64,000 bases of DNA from Candidatus Latescibacterota bacterium (GCA_965219455.1 OZ244744.1:480001-544000), one strand, 5' to 3'; counted from the first letter of the stretch, positions 28,515 to 37,984 are shown. Notes: generated from the sequence alone by a model not told the origin. Numbers and translations: made by a program.

Positions 28515-29639
28515 ATGAAAATCACCCGCCTCGAAACCATCCCTGTCGGGCAGCGGTTCCTCGTGCTGAAAATGCACACCGACGAGGGCATCGTCGGCTT
28601 TGGCGAACCCTTGGACTATACGCACTGGCGGATCGTCGCGCGCGCCATGGACGACTTGGCCGAATACCTCATCGGCAAGGACCCGCTCCAGATCGAAGAC
28701 CACTGGCAGACCTTTTTCCGCTCCACTTACAGCCGCAGCATGCCCATCATTATTGGCGCGCTCAGCGGAGTGGACATGGCCATGTGGGACATCATGGGCA
28801 AGGTTCTGAACGTGCCCGTGTGGCGACTTCTGGGGGGGTCGGTTCGAGACCGGGTGCGCGTCTACGCCCACGCCGGCGGGAATACCCCGGAATCCTGTGC
28901 GAAACAAGCGCGCGAGCGCGTCGAAGACGGATTCACGGCCATCAAAATGGGCGTTTCCGTCAAACCCGTCCGATATGTGGACACGGCAAAAACGGTAGAC
29001 GAAATGGTCGACCGCGTGGCCGCTGTCCGCGAGGCCGTGGGCGACGACGTCGACATTGCGGTGGATCTGCACCGCCGCCTCAGCCCCCGGATGGCCATTA
29101 TCACAGTCAAAGCGCTCGAGCCCTATAATCTGCTTTTTGCGGAAGAGCCCTGCCATCCTGAAAACAACGACGCCCTGCTCACCCTTTCCCGTTCAACCCC
29201 CACGCCCATCGCAACCGGGGAACGCCACCTCACGCGCTGGAGTTTCTGGGACATTGTGGAAAAGCAGGCCTGCGCCGTTCTGCAGCCGGATATCCGGCAC
29301 GTGGGCGGCATCTCGGAAATGAAAAAAATCGCCACACTGGCTGAAATCCGGGATATTGCCCTGGCGCCGCACAACGCTGCCGGTCCCATTGGCGTCGTCG
29401 CGTCGATCCATACCATGGCCACGGTCCCGAATTTCCTGATCTGCGAAGGCGGCACCGTCCGCGGCGACGGTCTTCTTCTACCGCCTCTCACCTTCAAAGA
29501 CGGCTTCATCGACCTGCCCACCGGGCCCGGCCTCGGATTCGACATTGACGACGACGCCCTCGATGCGATGCGAGACGAACGCTTTCGCTTCCGCGGTATG
29601 TGGCGATCCGAAGAAGATGGATCTTTCGTGGATTACTAG
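28515..29639 (+). CDS. Galactonate dehydratase-like enolase superfamily protein
   Basis: TDEGIVGFGE, DMAMWDIMGK, VDLHRR, EEP, ATGER, QPD..H.GG, APHN..GP. Confidence 0.82.
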   Translation: MKITRLETIPVGQRFLVLKMHTDEGIVGFGEPLDYTHWRIVARAMDDLAEYLIGKDPLQIEDHWQTFFRSTYSRSMPIIIGALSGVDMAMWDIMGKVLNVPVWRLLGGSVRDRVRVYAHAGGNTPESCAKQARERVEDGFTAIKMGVSVKPVRYVDTAKTVDEMVDRVAAVREAVGDDVDIAVDLHRRLSPRMAIITVKALEPYNLLFAEEPCHPENNDALLTLSRSTPTPIATGERHLTRWSFWDIVEKQACAVLQPDIRHVGGISEMKKIATLAEIRDIALAPHNAAGPIGVVASIHTMATVPNFLICEGGTVRGDGLLLPPLTFKDGFIDLPTGPGLGFDIDDDALDAMRDERFRFRGMWRSEEDGSFVDY

Positions 29640-29796
29640 TGTTCTGTCCCAGAAATAGGTTGCCTAAATTCGGCCGTCGAGTCGCCCGGCTCGCAAGGCG
29701 CCACCGACCTGCGTAAGTTCGGCGAGCGAAGGCAACGCCGCGAGACGGGATGAATCGGCGGGAGAATGGTTAGATATTTTTGGGACAGGACACTAG
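29636..29796. mobile_element. IS630-like MITE copy 4 (longest, 161 bp, CTAG at both ends)
   Basis: CTAGTGTTCTGTCCCAGAAATA ... TATTTTTGGGACAGGACACTAG; left CTAG contains the upstream gene's stop codon. Confidence 0.78.
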
Positions 29797-29847
29797 GATC
29801 GGGTGGCCGCTTGTGAATGGACTCCCAACACGCTGGAGACAACCCCA

Positions 29848-31095
29848 ATGTACCGGTCGCGAAACCGATGGCTGACCTCGCTCGCGCTGGCCGTATTGCC
29901 CTGGGCGTTAGCCGAAGTCCCCGGCGCCGAGGCAGTCGGGTCCTCCTCGGCGGATCGCAGCCTGATTTCCATTCGCCAGGAATATAACGCGGTCTCGGCA
30001 CGGATCGACAGCCTGGTTCGCGTGATGAGAGCAGCAGACCCCGGCGCCATCGACGACAGACGCCTTCCCGAATCCGCCGACGTCCTGCGTCTTCCGAAAG
30101 GGACCTCAGTTGTCTGCATCTTCTGGGCCGATGACGAGGCACGGGTGTGGCTCAACGACTTCCTCGTCGGCGAAACTCGCCTCACACCGGTGGAGATCGA
30201 AATCCCGCACATCTATTTGAAAAGCAGAAATCGGATCCGCGCCCGATGCTGGGACACGGACCACGTGGAAAGCGGATTCCTCTTCGGTCTCTATCTGAAG
30301 GACGCAAACGGCGCAATGCACCCGATTCTGGTCTCCGACGATACCTGGCAGACAACAGACGGTCCGGCCCACGAGATCACCTATGCGCATCCCGTGCCGG
30401 ACATTTCCACGGCCAAGGTCATTTGGCACACCCGGTTATTCGGGCAGGCGGAATTCGTGAAACGCTTCAGTCGCCGGGAGATCGAGCGGGCCCTGTCAAA
30501 AGCGCCGCGGACACGCGCATCGAGCACCAGGCAGAAACGAATGGACTACCACAGCTTTCTGCAGAGTCTGATTTCCCTCCAGGAAACACGCGCCGGACTC
30601 GGACGTCAGCTTCGGGAGTCCGCGGACCCGGTACTTCAGTCCGCTTACAAAGGACATCGGAATCGGGAAATCAGCTTCACGCTGGGCAAGGCGGGACCAC
30701 TCAATGAAGAGACGTCACTCACCTTCGCCAAGGAAGTCGAATTGTGGGCGGAGAAACTGGCCGAGACTGAAAAACGCCTCGTTTACCCCCGAAAACGCAC
30801 CCTTAAGGGTGAGGGCGCCGCCATTGCGGCGGCGGGAACGGCAGCGTCCGGCGCGGAAAGCGGCGACCGTCTGGACGCCTATCGCCCGCCCGAGGAACGG
30901 TCTCCCGGTGAACAATCGGTTTCCGGAAAGCGTGGCAGAGAAGGAGAATCCGCCTCAACCGAATCCGGTGGACGAGGAGGAAGCGGAGGGAGCAGCGGAC
31001 GCGGGTCGCGCGCGGGGTTGCTGGTTCCCACCGTTGTTATCGCCGCGTACGTGGGGTTTGTCATTTCGAAGAGCAGGGATGTATTTCGTGATTGA
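29848..31095 (+). CDS. Exported protein with beta-sandwich (lectin-like) domain and Gly-rich linker/C-terminal TM anchor
   Basis: Signal peptide; ADDEARVWLN and LVSDDTWQ motifs; GGRGGSGGSSG followed by a hydrophobic helix and basic tail. Confidence 0.6.
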   Translation: MYRSRNRWLTSLALAVLPWALAEVPGAEAVGSSSADRSLISIRQEYNAVSARIDSLVRVMRAADPGAIDDRRLPESADVLRLPKGTSVVCIFWADDEARVWLNDFLVGETRLTPVEIEIPHIYLKSRNRIRARCWDTDHVESGFLFGLYLKDANGAMHPILVSDDTWQTTDGPAHEITYAHPVPDISTAKVIWHTRLFGQAEFVKRFSRREIERALSKAPRTRASSTRQKRMDYHSFLQSLISLQETRAGLGRQLRESADPVLQSAYKGHRNREISFTLGKAGPLNEETSLTFAKEVELWAEKLAETEKRLVYPRKRTLKGEGAAIAAAGTAASGAESGDRLDAYRPPEERSPGEQSVSGKRGREGESASTESGGRGGSGGSSGRGSRAGLLVPTVVIAAYVGFVISKSRDVFRD

Positions 31096-31119
31096 ATTTT
31101 CCCGACGGGAGAATGCGCC

Positions 31120-31917
31120 GTGGAGAGTTTAACCAGGATCGAAATCCTCACATCGATCCTTTTCATATCCGCCTGCGCAATGGCAGGCGCGCTCACCCTG
31201 ATGCAGGACATGGCGGCAATCCGCCGGGAAGAACACCGGTACGGACTGCCGGCAAACCACGCGAATCTCACCAGCGCCGCGCTCGGCGGCCTTGCGGGAC
31301 TGGGCATCGCCCTGCTGGGCATCTACTATTACATGTTCGTCCCGCCACCTCAAAGCTGGATCGAGTGGGTAGGCCGGTCTTCATATGCGCTCATCGTGGC
31401 AGCGTCCGCGGCGCATCTTTCTCTCGTCGGCCATATGTGGATGCGTATTCGGGCTGAAGAGAAAGCCCTGCGCTCCCCGGCAACCGGCCACCGCCTGGGC
31501 ACCCTTCTTTCACGTCGAAATGAGGGCCTGAAAAAACTGGAGCATGATACGGACACGTACCCGGATCTGAAAGTCCGGGACGACGAACTGATCACAGACC
31601 TGATCGGCGTTATTGGCGAACGGCTGCTCCTCGGCCACCGCGCCCTCGGCCGTATTCCCTTTTATGGCTATCTGGGGACGGTTTGCGGTATCCTGCTCAT
31701 GGCGCAGGAACTCGCTCGGCTGGACGAAGCCACCGAGACGTTCAAGGTCCTCAGGGACATGGCCGATGGGCTGACCCTGGCCTTCAAGACAACCCTGATT
31801 GCCTTGCTGGCCTACCTGCCACTAAGGAAGTGCTTCGACATATTGCTCAGCAGGGTCGGCGCCCTGGAGCGGGCGTGGCTGGCCCTGAGAGATGACCGGG
31901 GGAGCGAAATCCGGTGA
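31120..31917 (+). CDS. MotA/TolQ/ExbB proton-channel family protein
   Basis: IPFYGYLGTVCGI...GLTLAFKTTLIAL C-terminal helix pair; three extra N-terminal TMs. Confidence 0.75.
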   Translation: MESLTRIEILTSILFISACAMAGALTLMQDMAAIRREEHRYGLPANHANLTSAALGGLAGLGIALLGIYYYMFVPPPQSWIEWVGRSSYALIVAASAAHLSLVGHMWMRIRAEEKALRSPATGHRLGTLLSRRNEGLKKLEHDTDTYPDLKVRDDELITDLIGVIGERLLLGHRALGRIPFYGYLGTVCGILLMAQELARLDEATETFKVLRDMADGLTLAFKTTLIALLAYLPLRKCFDILLSRVGALERAWLALRDDRGSEIR

Positions 31918-32336
31918 AAGACCGATTTTTACAGCGCGCCGCCGCGCAGGCGGAAGAACACGACATCAGCAAGGAACTGTTCCTTGGAATCATGATGCTC
32001 ATGCTTACCCTGGGCATTATGATCCTCAACGTTGCGCAACCGGTCTGGCGCGTACACCACCACAACCCCAGGTCAGCGGACCTGGTCCTTATCTACACGG
32101 CAAAGGGCCCCGGGCTCTCCAGCGACGGAAAATCCGTCGAACGCCTGCTCCGGCCGGGGGAGTTTGAGCGCCTCACTGGCGGGCTTATCGCCCACCCCGA
32201 ACGCAACCTCCACCTGTTCCTCCGCGGCGGCAGCCGGGACTATATGGTCAGCCACGCGGCATACGCCGACTCGCTGCTCTCCACGTCCCCGACGGGCAGA
32301 AAAGTCAGGCCCGCGGTGTTCGTCCATATGTGGTAG
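31914..32336 (+). CDS. ExbD/TolR-like single-pass membrane protein
   Basis: GTGA overlap with the ExbB-like gene; single TM then a small alpha/beta domain. Confidence 0.5.
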   Translation: MKDRFLQRAAAQAEEHDISKELFLGIMMLMLTLGIMILNVAQPVWRVHHHNPRSADLVLIYTAKGPGLSSDGKSVERLLRPGEFERLTGGLIAHPERNLHLFLRGGSRDYMVSHAAYADSLLSTSPTGRKVRPAVFVHMW

Positions 32337-32371
32337 TCCGCTGCCTCGCGGACGTGGCCGAGGGCGCACCC

Positions 32372-32403
32372 AAAAAAAACCGGCCATCGCACTGGACGGC
32401 CGG
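32372..32403 (-). terminator. Intrinsic terminator
   Basis: CCGGCCGTC...GATGGCCGG stem followed by T8 on the minus strand. Confidence 0.7.
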
Positions 32404-32429
32404 CCTGGTAGAACATCCGGGTCCTTCGC

Positions 32430-33296
32430 CTATTTTTCTTTAAGCACTGCCAGCACGCGCTGACCCACCAGCGTTGAATCCCAGAATGTGACCATCGTCT
32501 GCCCCTCGGGCCCTTTACTGGCCCGATATTCATTTTGTTTGCTCAGCTTGCCGTGCCGGTCACAAAGAGCCGCCAGTTCGCCCGGAACCGCGATTGTCTC
32601 ACCGATAGACACCCTCTTGATGGCATCCAGATTCTGCTCGTCGGTAACGTCGGGAAAACCGACGAGTTTGTAATTCTTCCTGATTGTAAACCCCCGCGAC
32701 GTCTTCAGGTACCCTACCTTTTTCAGGCTATCTTCCGTACCGATATAGACCAGCACGGAGGTTGCGGTTTCCTGCATGGTCTGCGCCTGTTCGACGGCCT
32801 CCTTCATGCTGGATTCCAGCCTGATCAGTCGAGTTGTTTTGTCGTGCAGCAATTTGTTCAGCGTGTCGACCTCCATCTTCAACTCCCGAACCGCAGCGGT
32901 TGCCACATCCTTCTCACCCTTCAACTGTACGAGCTGTGTAACCAGCTTTTCGTTCATCGCCCTTTGTTTCCTGTATAGCGCCTGATACTCCTTCATTTCG
33001 CTCGTGACTCTGTGAAGCGAAGTCAGGAGCTTCCGGTTGGACACTTTTGCGCTATCGACATGGGCGCGCATCGCATTGATACGGGAATCCATTTCATCCA
33101 CCAACGCATTCAGCGAATCGATCTGGCCCGTATAGAGCGCGATATCGCTTTCCAGTTGCACAACCTGCGGATCGACTTCCGGACCCGTCTCGGGCTTCCA
33201 GATCGTCAACAGGAGAACAACCAGAATTGCCGCCAGAAAGCCGACAACAATAACGATGCGCTTCTTTTCGCCGGATGAATCGGGTTCTTTGTTCAC
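32430..33296 (-). CDS. Single-pass membrane protein with long coiled coil
   Basis: N-terminal TM (IVIVVGFLAAILVVLLL), heptad-rich middle, globular C-terminus (YIGTEDSLKKVG); GGAGG RBS. Confidence 0.72.
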   Translation of the reverse strand: MNKEPDSSGEKKRIVIVVGFLAAILVVLLLTIWKPETGPEVDPQVVQLESDIALYTGQIDSLNALVDEMDSRINAMRAHVDSAKVSNRKLLTSLHRVTSEMKEYQALYRKQRAMNEKLVTQLVQLKGEKDVATAAVRELKMEVDTLNKLLHDKTTRLIRLESSMKEAVEQAQTMQETATSVLVYIGTEDSLKKVGYLKTSRGFTIRKNYKLVGFPDVTDEQNLDAIKRVSIGETIAVPGELAALCDRHGKLSKQNEYRASKGPEGQTMVTFWDSTLVGQRVLAVLKEK

Positions 33297-33392
33297 GAGC
33301 AGCCTCCGAAGTGCGCGGATTCACGCCGGGTGAACCGCGATGGTGTGTGTGGCTGATAACCGGAGCGGCGTAACTTTCCGTCCCGTTTCAGG

Positions 33393-34178
33393 TTACGGAT
33401 TCCGCGGGCGCTTCATCACCTTAACGTAGATGGAGTCCACGGCAGCCTGCAGGGTATTCACATCCTCAAGCTGCCGGACCAGCATCGTGCTGAGTTCATT
33501 CTGTGCCGCAGATGCATTCCTCAGCGCTTCCCGAACCCGCTGCTCCGCGCGTTGCAAGGATGTGCGCAGCAGGGCCAGTTCGTTTTTCTGCCGGTCCGCG
33601 CGCGCCTCGGCGCTCGCGAGGCTTTCGCGCACACGGGAGAGATTCTTGAGGGTCGTTTTATGGCGCGCCTCTTCCCGGGCCAGGCGCGTCTGAGAATCCC
33701 GCCTCAGTGCGCGTTCCGTATTCAAGCTGTCCGCATAGGCGCTGTGAGCATTCGTTTCTCTTGTGAGTTCCGTCTGCGTGTCCCGAAGCCGAATCCGCAT
33801 GTCCTGGAGGTCCGCTTTTGTGCGCGCATGGCGCGACTGCTCCTCCTGCAAGTCTGCCCGCACTTCCCATTCCGACTTGGTCAGATCCACCTTCTCCATG
33901 GTTCGGTCCAGCAGTTTCGCACCCTGCTCATTCAGCTTCTCACGGAACGTCTCGACCGTCTTGTCCAAACGCTCGCGGGTATCTTTCATCGCGACGTCCT
34001 GCTGCTGGAGTGCCGTCTGAATCACCAGGAGAATCATCATGCATGTCACGACGCTCACATAACCGCCAAAGCCCAGCAGGTGCTTTTGCGACAATGGTTT
34101 CACCCAATGAATCAGCGCAAAAATCCCGCCCCATATCAAGACCAGGGCGCCGAGAATCGCAAAAACAATGACCAACAC
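33393..34178 (-). CDS. Two-TM membrane protein with long coiled coil
   Basis: Two hydrophobic helices then ~200 aa of heptads; GTG 34178 after GAGG. The ORF-track start 34301 lies inside the MITE. Confidence 0.68.
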   Translation of the reverse strand: MLVIVFAILGALVLIWGGIFALIHWVKPLSQKHLLGFGGYVSVVTCMMILLVIQTALQQQDVAMKDTRERLDKTVETFREKLNEQGAKLLDRTMEKVDLTKSEWEVRADLQEEQSRHARTKADLQDMRIRLRDTQTELTRETNAHSAYADSLNTERALRRDSQTRLAREEARHKTTLKNLSRVRESLASAEARADRQKNELALLRTSLQRAEQRVREALRNASAAQNELSTMLVRQLEDVNTLQAAVDSIYVKVMKRPRNP

Positions 34179-34270
34179 AGGCAGACGGCCTCGCGAAAAT
34201 GTGAAAAGCGGTGCGAATGAACATAAGTTGAAGCATTTCCCGCGATTCGTCAAGAGCAAACGTCCGGAAA

Positions 34271-34367
34271 CCAGTGTTCCGTCCCAGAAATATGTCACCA
34301 TTCATCCGCCGGGTTGCCCGGCTCGGCGGCCGAATTCAGGCAATCTATTTCAGGGACGGAACACCAG
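34271..34367. mobile_element. IS630-like MITE copy 5
   Basis: CCAGTGTTCCGTCCCAGAAATATGTCACCATTC...GGCCGAATTCAGGCAATCTATTTCAGGGACGGAACACCAG. Confidence 0.72.
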
Positions 34368-34413
34368 CGGCGACGTACGGAACCTGTGGGTTTTTCCGTG
34401 AATTCATCCGTTT

Positions 34414-34449
34414 AAAAAAGACGGGGCCGCAACGCTTCCGCGACCCGTT
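34414..34449 (-). terminator. Intrinsic terminator of sigma factor gene
   Basis: ACGGGTCGCG...CGGCCCCGT stem plus T6 on the minus strand. Confidence 0.55.
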
Positions 34450-34501
34450 CATATGGACGTCGATCTGCTATTCCTGACCCGAGACCGCCCTCGATACCGC
34501 T

Positions 34502-35356
34502 CTATAGATACGCCTCCAGACGTTTCCGTACCGAAGGCTGCCTCAACCTTCCGAATGCATCCTCTTTCAACTGCCTCACCCGTTCCCGGCTGATACCCAG
34601 CCGGCGGCCAATCTCCTGGTACGTCGCCGGTTTGTCTCCGTGCATCCCGAAATAAAGCCCAAGGATCTTACGGTGCCGTTCGGAAAGCCCATCCAGCGAT
34701 TCCTTTACGGCGCGATTTCTGCATCGCTCATCGAAAATCTCGTCCGGCAGTGGGGCGTGCCGGTCTGGCAGTGTTTCCGCAAAACTGAGGCTGCCTTCGG
34801 CACCGATCGTGTCCAGCGAAATGGCGTTTGCGCCTGCATCCAGACAGCGGTTCAGCCTCTTCACCGGTAAACCGGACTGCGCGGCGATTTCCTCCCGCGC
34901 GGGATTGCGTGCCAGGTGTTGCACAAGACGGTCTTCAGTCTTGCGCAGGCGGCCGAGATCGTTCATGACACTGGCGGGCAAGCGGACAGTACGGGTTTGA
35001 ACGTCGAGCGCCTTGAGTATATGCTGGCGGATCCACCAGACTGCGTACGTAATGAACCTGCAACCCTTGCGCCGATCAAACTTGCGAGCAGCGGTCAACA
35101 ACCCGTAATTGCCCTCGTTGACGAGATCTCCCATCGGCAGGCCCTGATTTCGGAACCCCCTGGCAATATGAATGACAAAACGAAGGTTGGCATTTACAAG
35201 CGCCTCGAGCGCCTCGTCGTCCCCCGCTTCAATTCTGGCTGCAAGAACCCTTTCTTCGTCCGAATCGATCCGTGGATGTCGATCGACCTCTCTGTAATAG
35301 TATTCCAGCGACCTGTCTTCAACCGTGGGACGATCTCCAGACGTTTCAGCAGACAT
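34502..35356 (-). CDS. Sigma-70 family RNA polymerase sigma factor (RpoD/RpoS-like, no region 1.1)
   Basis: ANLRFVIHIA, DLVNEGNYGL..AA.KFD, FITYAVWWIRQ, RTVRLP, ISRERVRQ; GGAGG RBS before ATG 35356. Confidence 0.9.
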   Translation of the reverse strand: MSAETSGDRPTVEDRSLEYYYREVDRHPRIDSDEERVLAARIEAGDDEALEALVNANLRFVIHIARGFRNQGLPMGDLVNEGNYGLLTAARKFDRRKGCRFITYAVWWIRQHILKALDVQTRTVRLPASVMNDLGRLRKTEDRLVQHLARNPAREEIAAQSGLPVKRLNRCLDAGANAISLDTIGAEGSLSFAETLPDRHAPLPDEIFDERCRNRAVKESLDGLSERHRKILGLYFGMHGDKPATYQEIGRRLGISRERVRQLKEDAFGRLRQPSVRKRLEAYL

Positions 35357-35443
35357 GAACGAACCTCCGTGAACTGAAGTAACCCGACCTTTTGCGAAGA
35401 AGTGACACGCCATGGGTAAATGTAGTGTTCTCCAGTACTCCAT

Positions 35444-35472
35444 AATATACTGAACATTTGTTCAGTATTCAA
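35444..35472 (-). promoter_or_regulatory. Sigma70 promoter with embedded perfect palindrome (LexA/SOS-box-like GAAC-N4-GTTC)
   Basis: Minus strand TTGAAT-N17-TATATT; palindrome ATACTGAACA-TT-TGTTCAGTAT at 35447-35468. Confidence 0.7.
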
Positions 35473-35588
35473 GAAGAAACTTCTTGTTTTCGTGACTTTT
35501 TTTTCCTACTTTTCGCGCCCGCAGCCGCGGGAAGGTGCCCGCATCCATCGTCGAGCGTAATCGTGCAGATGTTTTGAGGAGACATGCC

Positions 35589-36608
35589 ATGAAAAAAATC
35601 CGAGTCGGTCTGATCCGCTGTGACATGCACGGTATGTATTATGGCGCGCTGATGGCCGAACACGCACCCCTGCGCCTGCAGAAACCCATGGAAGACAGCG
35701 CCGGGGCGCCGTACACCTGGATGAGCGGCGGGGCCCACTTCTATTTTTATACGTTCTACAGCGACCCCACCCTCATGACCGTTCCCTTTCTGCACGAATT
35801 CGAAATCGCACGCGTCTGGGACGAACACCCCGGCGTCGGCGATATCTTCGCGCAGGTCTTCACGTCCAGTACGCGGGTATGCGACCATTTTCACGAAGTC
35901 TCGGACGACGTGGACCTTGTTCTGGTGGCAGACTGCAATTACGATGGCGCCGACCATCTCGAACTGGCCGCGCCCGGCCTCGAAAAAGGGGTGCCCACGT
36001 TTATCGACAAACCGCTTGCGAACAACCTGGACAACGCGAACGCGATCGTCGGCCTGGCGCAAAAACACAATGCCCCGCTGCTTTCACGGTCCATCCTGAA
36101 CACCCTCCCCCAGGCCGCGCAATTCGCCGCCCGCTTTCCGGAAGTCGGCAACCTTGAATTCGTCTCCATCCGTGGAGGAGGTCCCTCCATGGCCGGTCAG
36201 ATCCACGCCATCTGCCTGGCTCAGAACCTGTTTGGACCCGGGGTGCGGGCCGTGGAATCCATGGGGAAAAACGCGGGCGGCTTCATGCACCTCATCTACC
36301 CGGACGAACCCCGCTTTCCCCGATGCGGCGCAATGCTTGGCTGCGACACGGGAGAAACCTACCACTGCGCGTTCTACGCCAGCGCCTTCGGCAACATGGG
36401 CGATATACATTCAGCGCCTCTTGGCGACTATGTCTTCCCCTACGGCGCCTACGAGAACATCAAACTGATCAGGAAGCTGGTGGAAAGCCGCCAACCCCCG
36501 GTTCCCTATACGGAAATCCTGGAAAGCGTCGCAGTTTCCACCGCAGCCTGCAAAGCGCACAATGCCGGAAAACAGGTCACGCTGAGCGACATCGGATATG
36601 TAGCCTGA
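35589..36608 (+). CDS. Gfo/Idh/MocA-like oxidoreductase
   Basis: IRVGLI.CD.HG, DHLELA.P.L.KGVPTFIDKPLA. Confidence 0.72.
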   Translation: MKKIRVGLIRCDMHGMYYGALMAEHAPLRLQKPMEDSAGAPYTWMSGGAHFYFYTFYSDPTLMTVPFLHEFEIARVWDEHPGVGDIFAQVFTSSTRVCDHFHEVSDDVDLVLVADCNYDGADHLELAAPGLEKGVPTFIDKPLANNLDNANAIVGLAQKHNAPLLSRSILNTLPQAAQFAARFPEVGNLEFVSIRGGGPSMAGQIHAICLAQNLFGPGVRAVESMGKNAGGFMHLIYPDEPRFPRCGAMLGCDTGETYHCAFYASAFGNMGDIHSAPLGDYVFPYGAYENIKLIRKLVESRQPPVPYTEILESVAVSTAACKAHNAGKQVTLSDIGYVA

Positions 36609-36615
36609 TGCAAAT

Positions 36616-36652
36616 GAAGAGGGGACGCAACCCCAGGTTGCGTCCCCTCTTC
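36616..36652. terminator. Strong hairpin between convergent genes
   Basis: GAAGAGGGGACGCAACC-CCA-GGTTGCGTCCCCTCTTC perfect 17-bp stem. Confidence 0.6.
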
Positions 36653-36764
36653 GGCGGCTCATTCCGAACTGGCCTGATTCGGATCCGGCCACAATCCGGA
36701 AACAACTGTTTTTCACCGCCCAGGTGCCCATCTATCCCCAGGGCGCGTCCTGATTACGTCCCAC

Positions 36765-37538
36765 TCAGACTTCCACGATGAATCGCGTCAGTTGCATCGC
36801 CCGCGCCGACAGGCCATCGTACACGGCCCGGAGCAAGGGATTCTCCTTCCTTTGCCACAGGAACCACGGCGCCCCATAACCCACGCTGGTCATCGGGCGG
36901 ATCTCATCCGACCGGTTGGCCGTGCCCCCGTGCCAGCAACGGATGTCACGTATGACCGCCCCGCCGGAGGTCCCGCACACGATCGACCGTTTCATCCAAT
37001 CCGGTTCCTCCTCGAGCCCGGGCGTCGGATGCCGGGTACGGTGCGTGCCGGGAACAAACCGCGTTGCGCCATTGACTTCTGAGAAATCCACCATCGGGAA
37101 ATTCACGACGATAACCGGCGTGGGCAGATCCATCACGGTCACCTGTCCCTGTGGATCGCGGAGCATGTCGACGATATCCGCGTGCAGTTTCTGAATTCTG
37201 GCGCCGGGCAGCGAGTAATCTCCGCCGCCGCCCCAGCAATGGAAATCGCCGCTTGCCCAGATCGCTTCCAGAACCGGCAAAACCGTCTGCAAATCAATCA
37301 GTTGCGCCCACTCCGGGTGGTGGAGTTGAGAGCCGAAGGAGTAGCGCGCATACCCGCGGTTCGCATCCTCCAGAGGAATGGCCGCCGTCTGCTGTGCGAT
37401 CACGCGCTCCGCCCCCGACCTTGCATAAGCCAGTTGCTCAGTCGTCAATGCATTTCGCATTACGACAAATCCGTCCCGGTGAAAGATCCGGGCCGCTTTG
37501 TCCACTTCAGCAGGCTCCACAAACTCAACATCCAGCAT
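36765..37538 (-). CDS. PhyH family dioxygenase
   Basis: FHRDGFVV, LHAD, NGATRFVPGTH, WHGGTANRS..IRPM. Confidence 0.85.
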   Translation of the reverse strand: MLDVEFVEPAEVDKAARIFHRDGFVVMRNALTTEQLAYARSGAERVIAQQTAAIPLEDANRGYARYSFGSQLHHPEWAQLIDLQTVLPVLEAIWASGDFHCWGGGGDYSLPGARIQKLHADIVDMLRDPQGQVTVMDLPTPVIVVNFPMVDFSEVNGATRFVPGTHRTRHPTPGLEEEPDWMKRSIVCGTSGGAVIRDIRCWHGGTANRSDEIRPMTSVGYGAPWFLWQRKENPLLRAVYDGLSARAMQLTRFIVEV

Positions 37539-37652
37539 GGGCACCTCCCGCTTAATACGCACGCGCCGGCGCACCGCTGTACGCCCTCAGCGCACGCTCC
37601 GACAGGCTCGAAGCGCGCGGCACATTCCCCGCGCGAAACGGCGACGCATAGG

Positions 37653-37794
37653 AAAAAAAAAGCGCCTAACCTACCAGGTGCCGAAAATTATTGACGAAGT
37701 TCCACAGTAACCTGTGGAATAACTTCCGGTTGGGTCACCCTTACGTAGATTCAAGGCACTTTTAGAGGTTGAATCCTGAAGATCCAGCCTCCAC
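37653..37794 (-). ncRNA. Candidate small RNA or attenuator leader
   Basis: Promoter TTGCGT-N17-TATATT (37828-37800), several hairpins, ends in hairpin plus T9; no convincing ORF. Confidence 0.45.
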
Positions 37795-37857
37795 GAAAAA
37801 ATATAATCATTCCGTCCTGAAAACGCAAGCAGAACTCTGCGAATTGCCGGCGAGAAC

Positions 37858-37886
37858 TTGACATCCTTCCCCCTCCTGCATACATT
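37858..37886 (+). promoter_or_regulatory. Putative sigma70 promoter of hisN
   Basis: TTGACA-N17-TACATT. Confidence 0.6.
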
Positions 37887-37984
37887 CCAGCCACGAACGC
37901 ACCTGCACCGGTTCAATTCCGCCGTACGAAGGCAGACAACCCGACAGAGGTATTGTACCCCGCGGAACAGAGAAAGGAACGCCC

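Noticed and set aside
31120-32336. Zorya anti-phage system
   Set aside because: No long ZorA tail, no OmpA-like domain in the partner, and no ZorC/D/E genes nearby.
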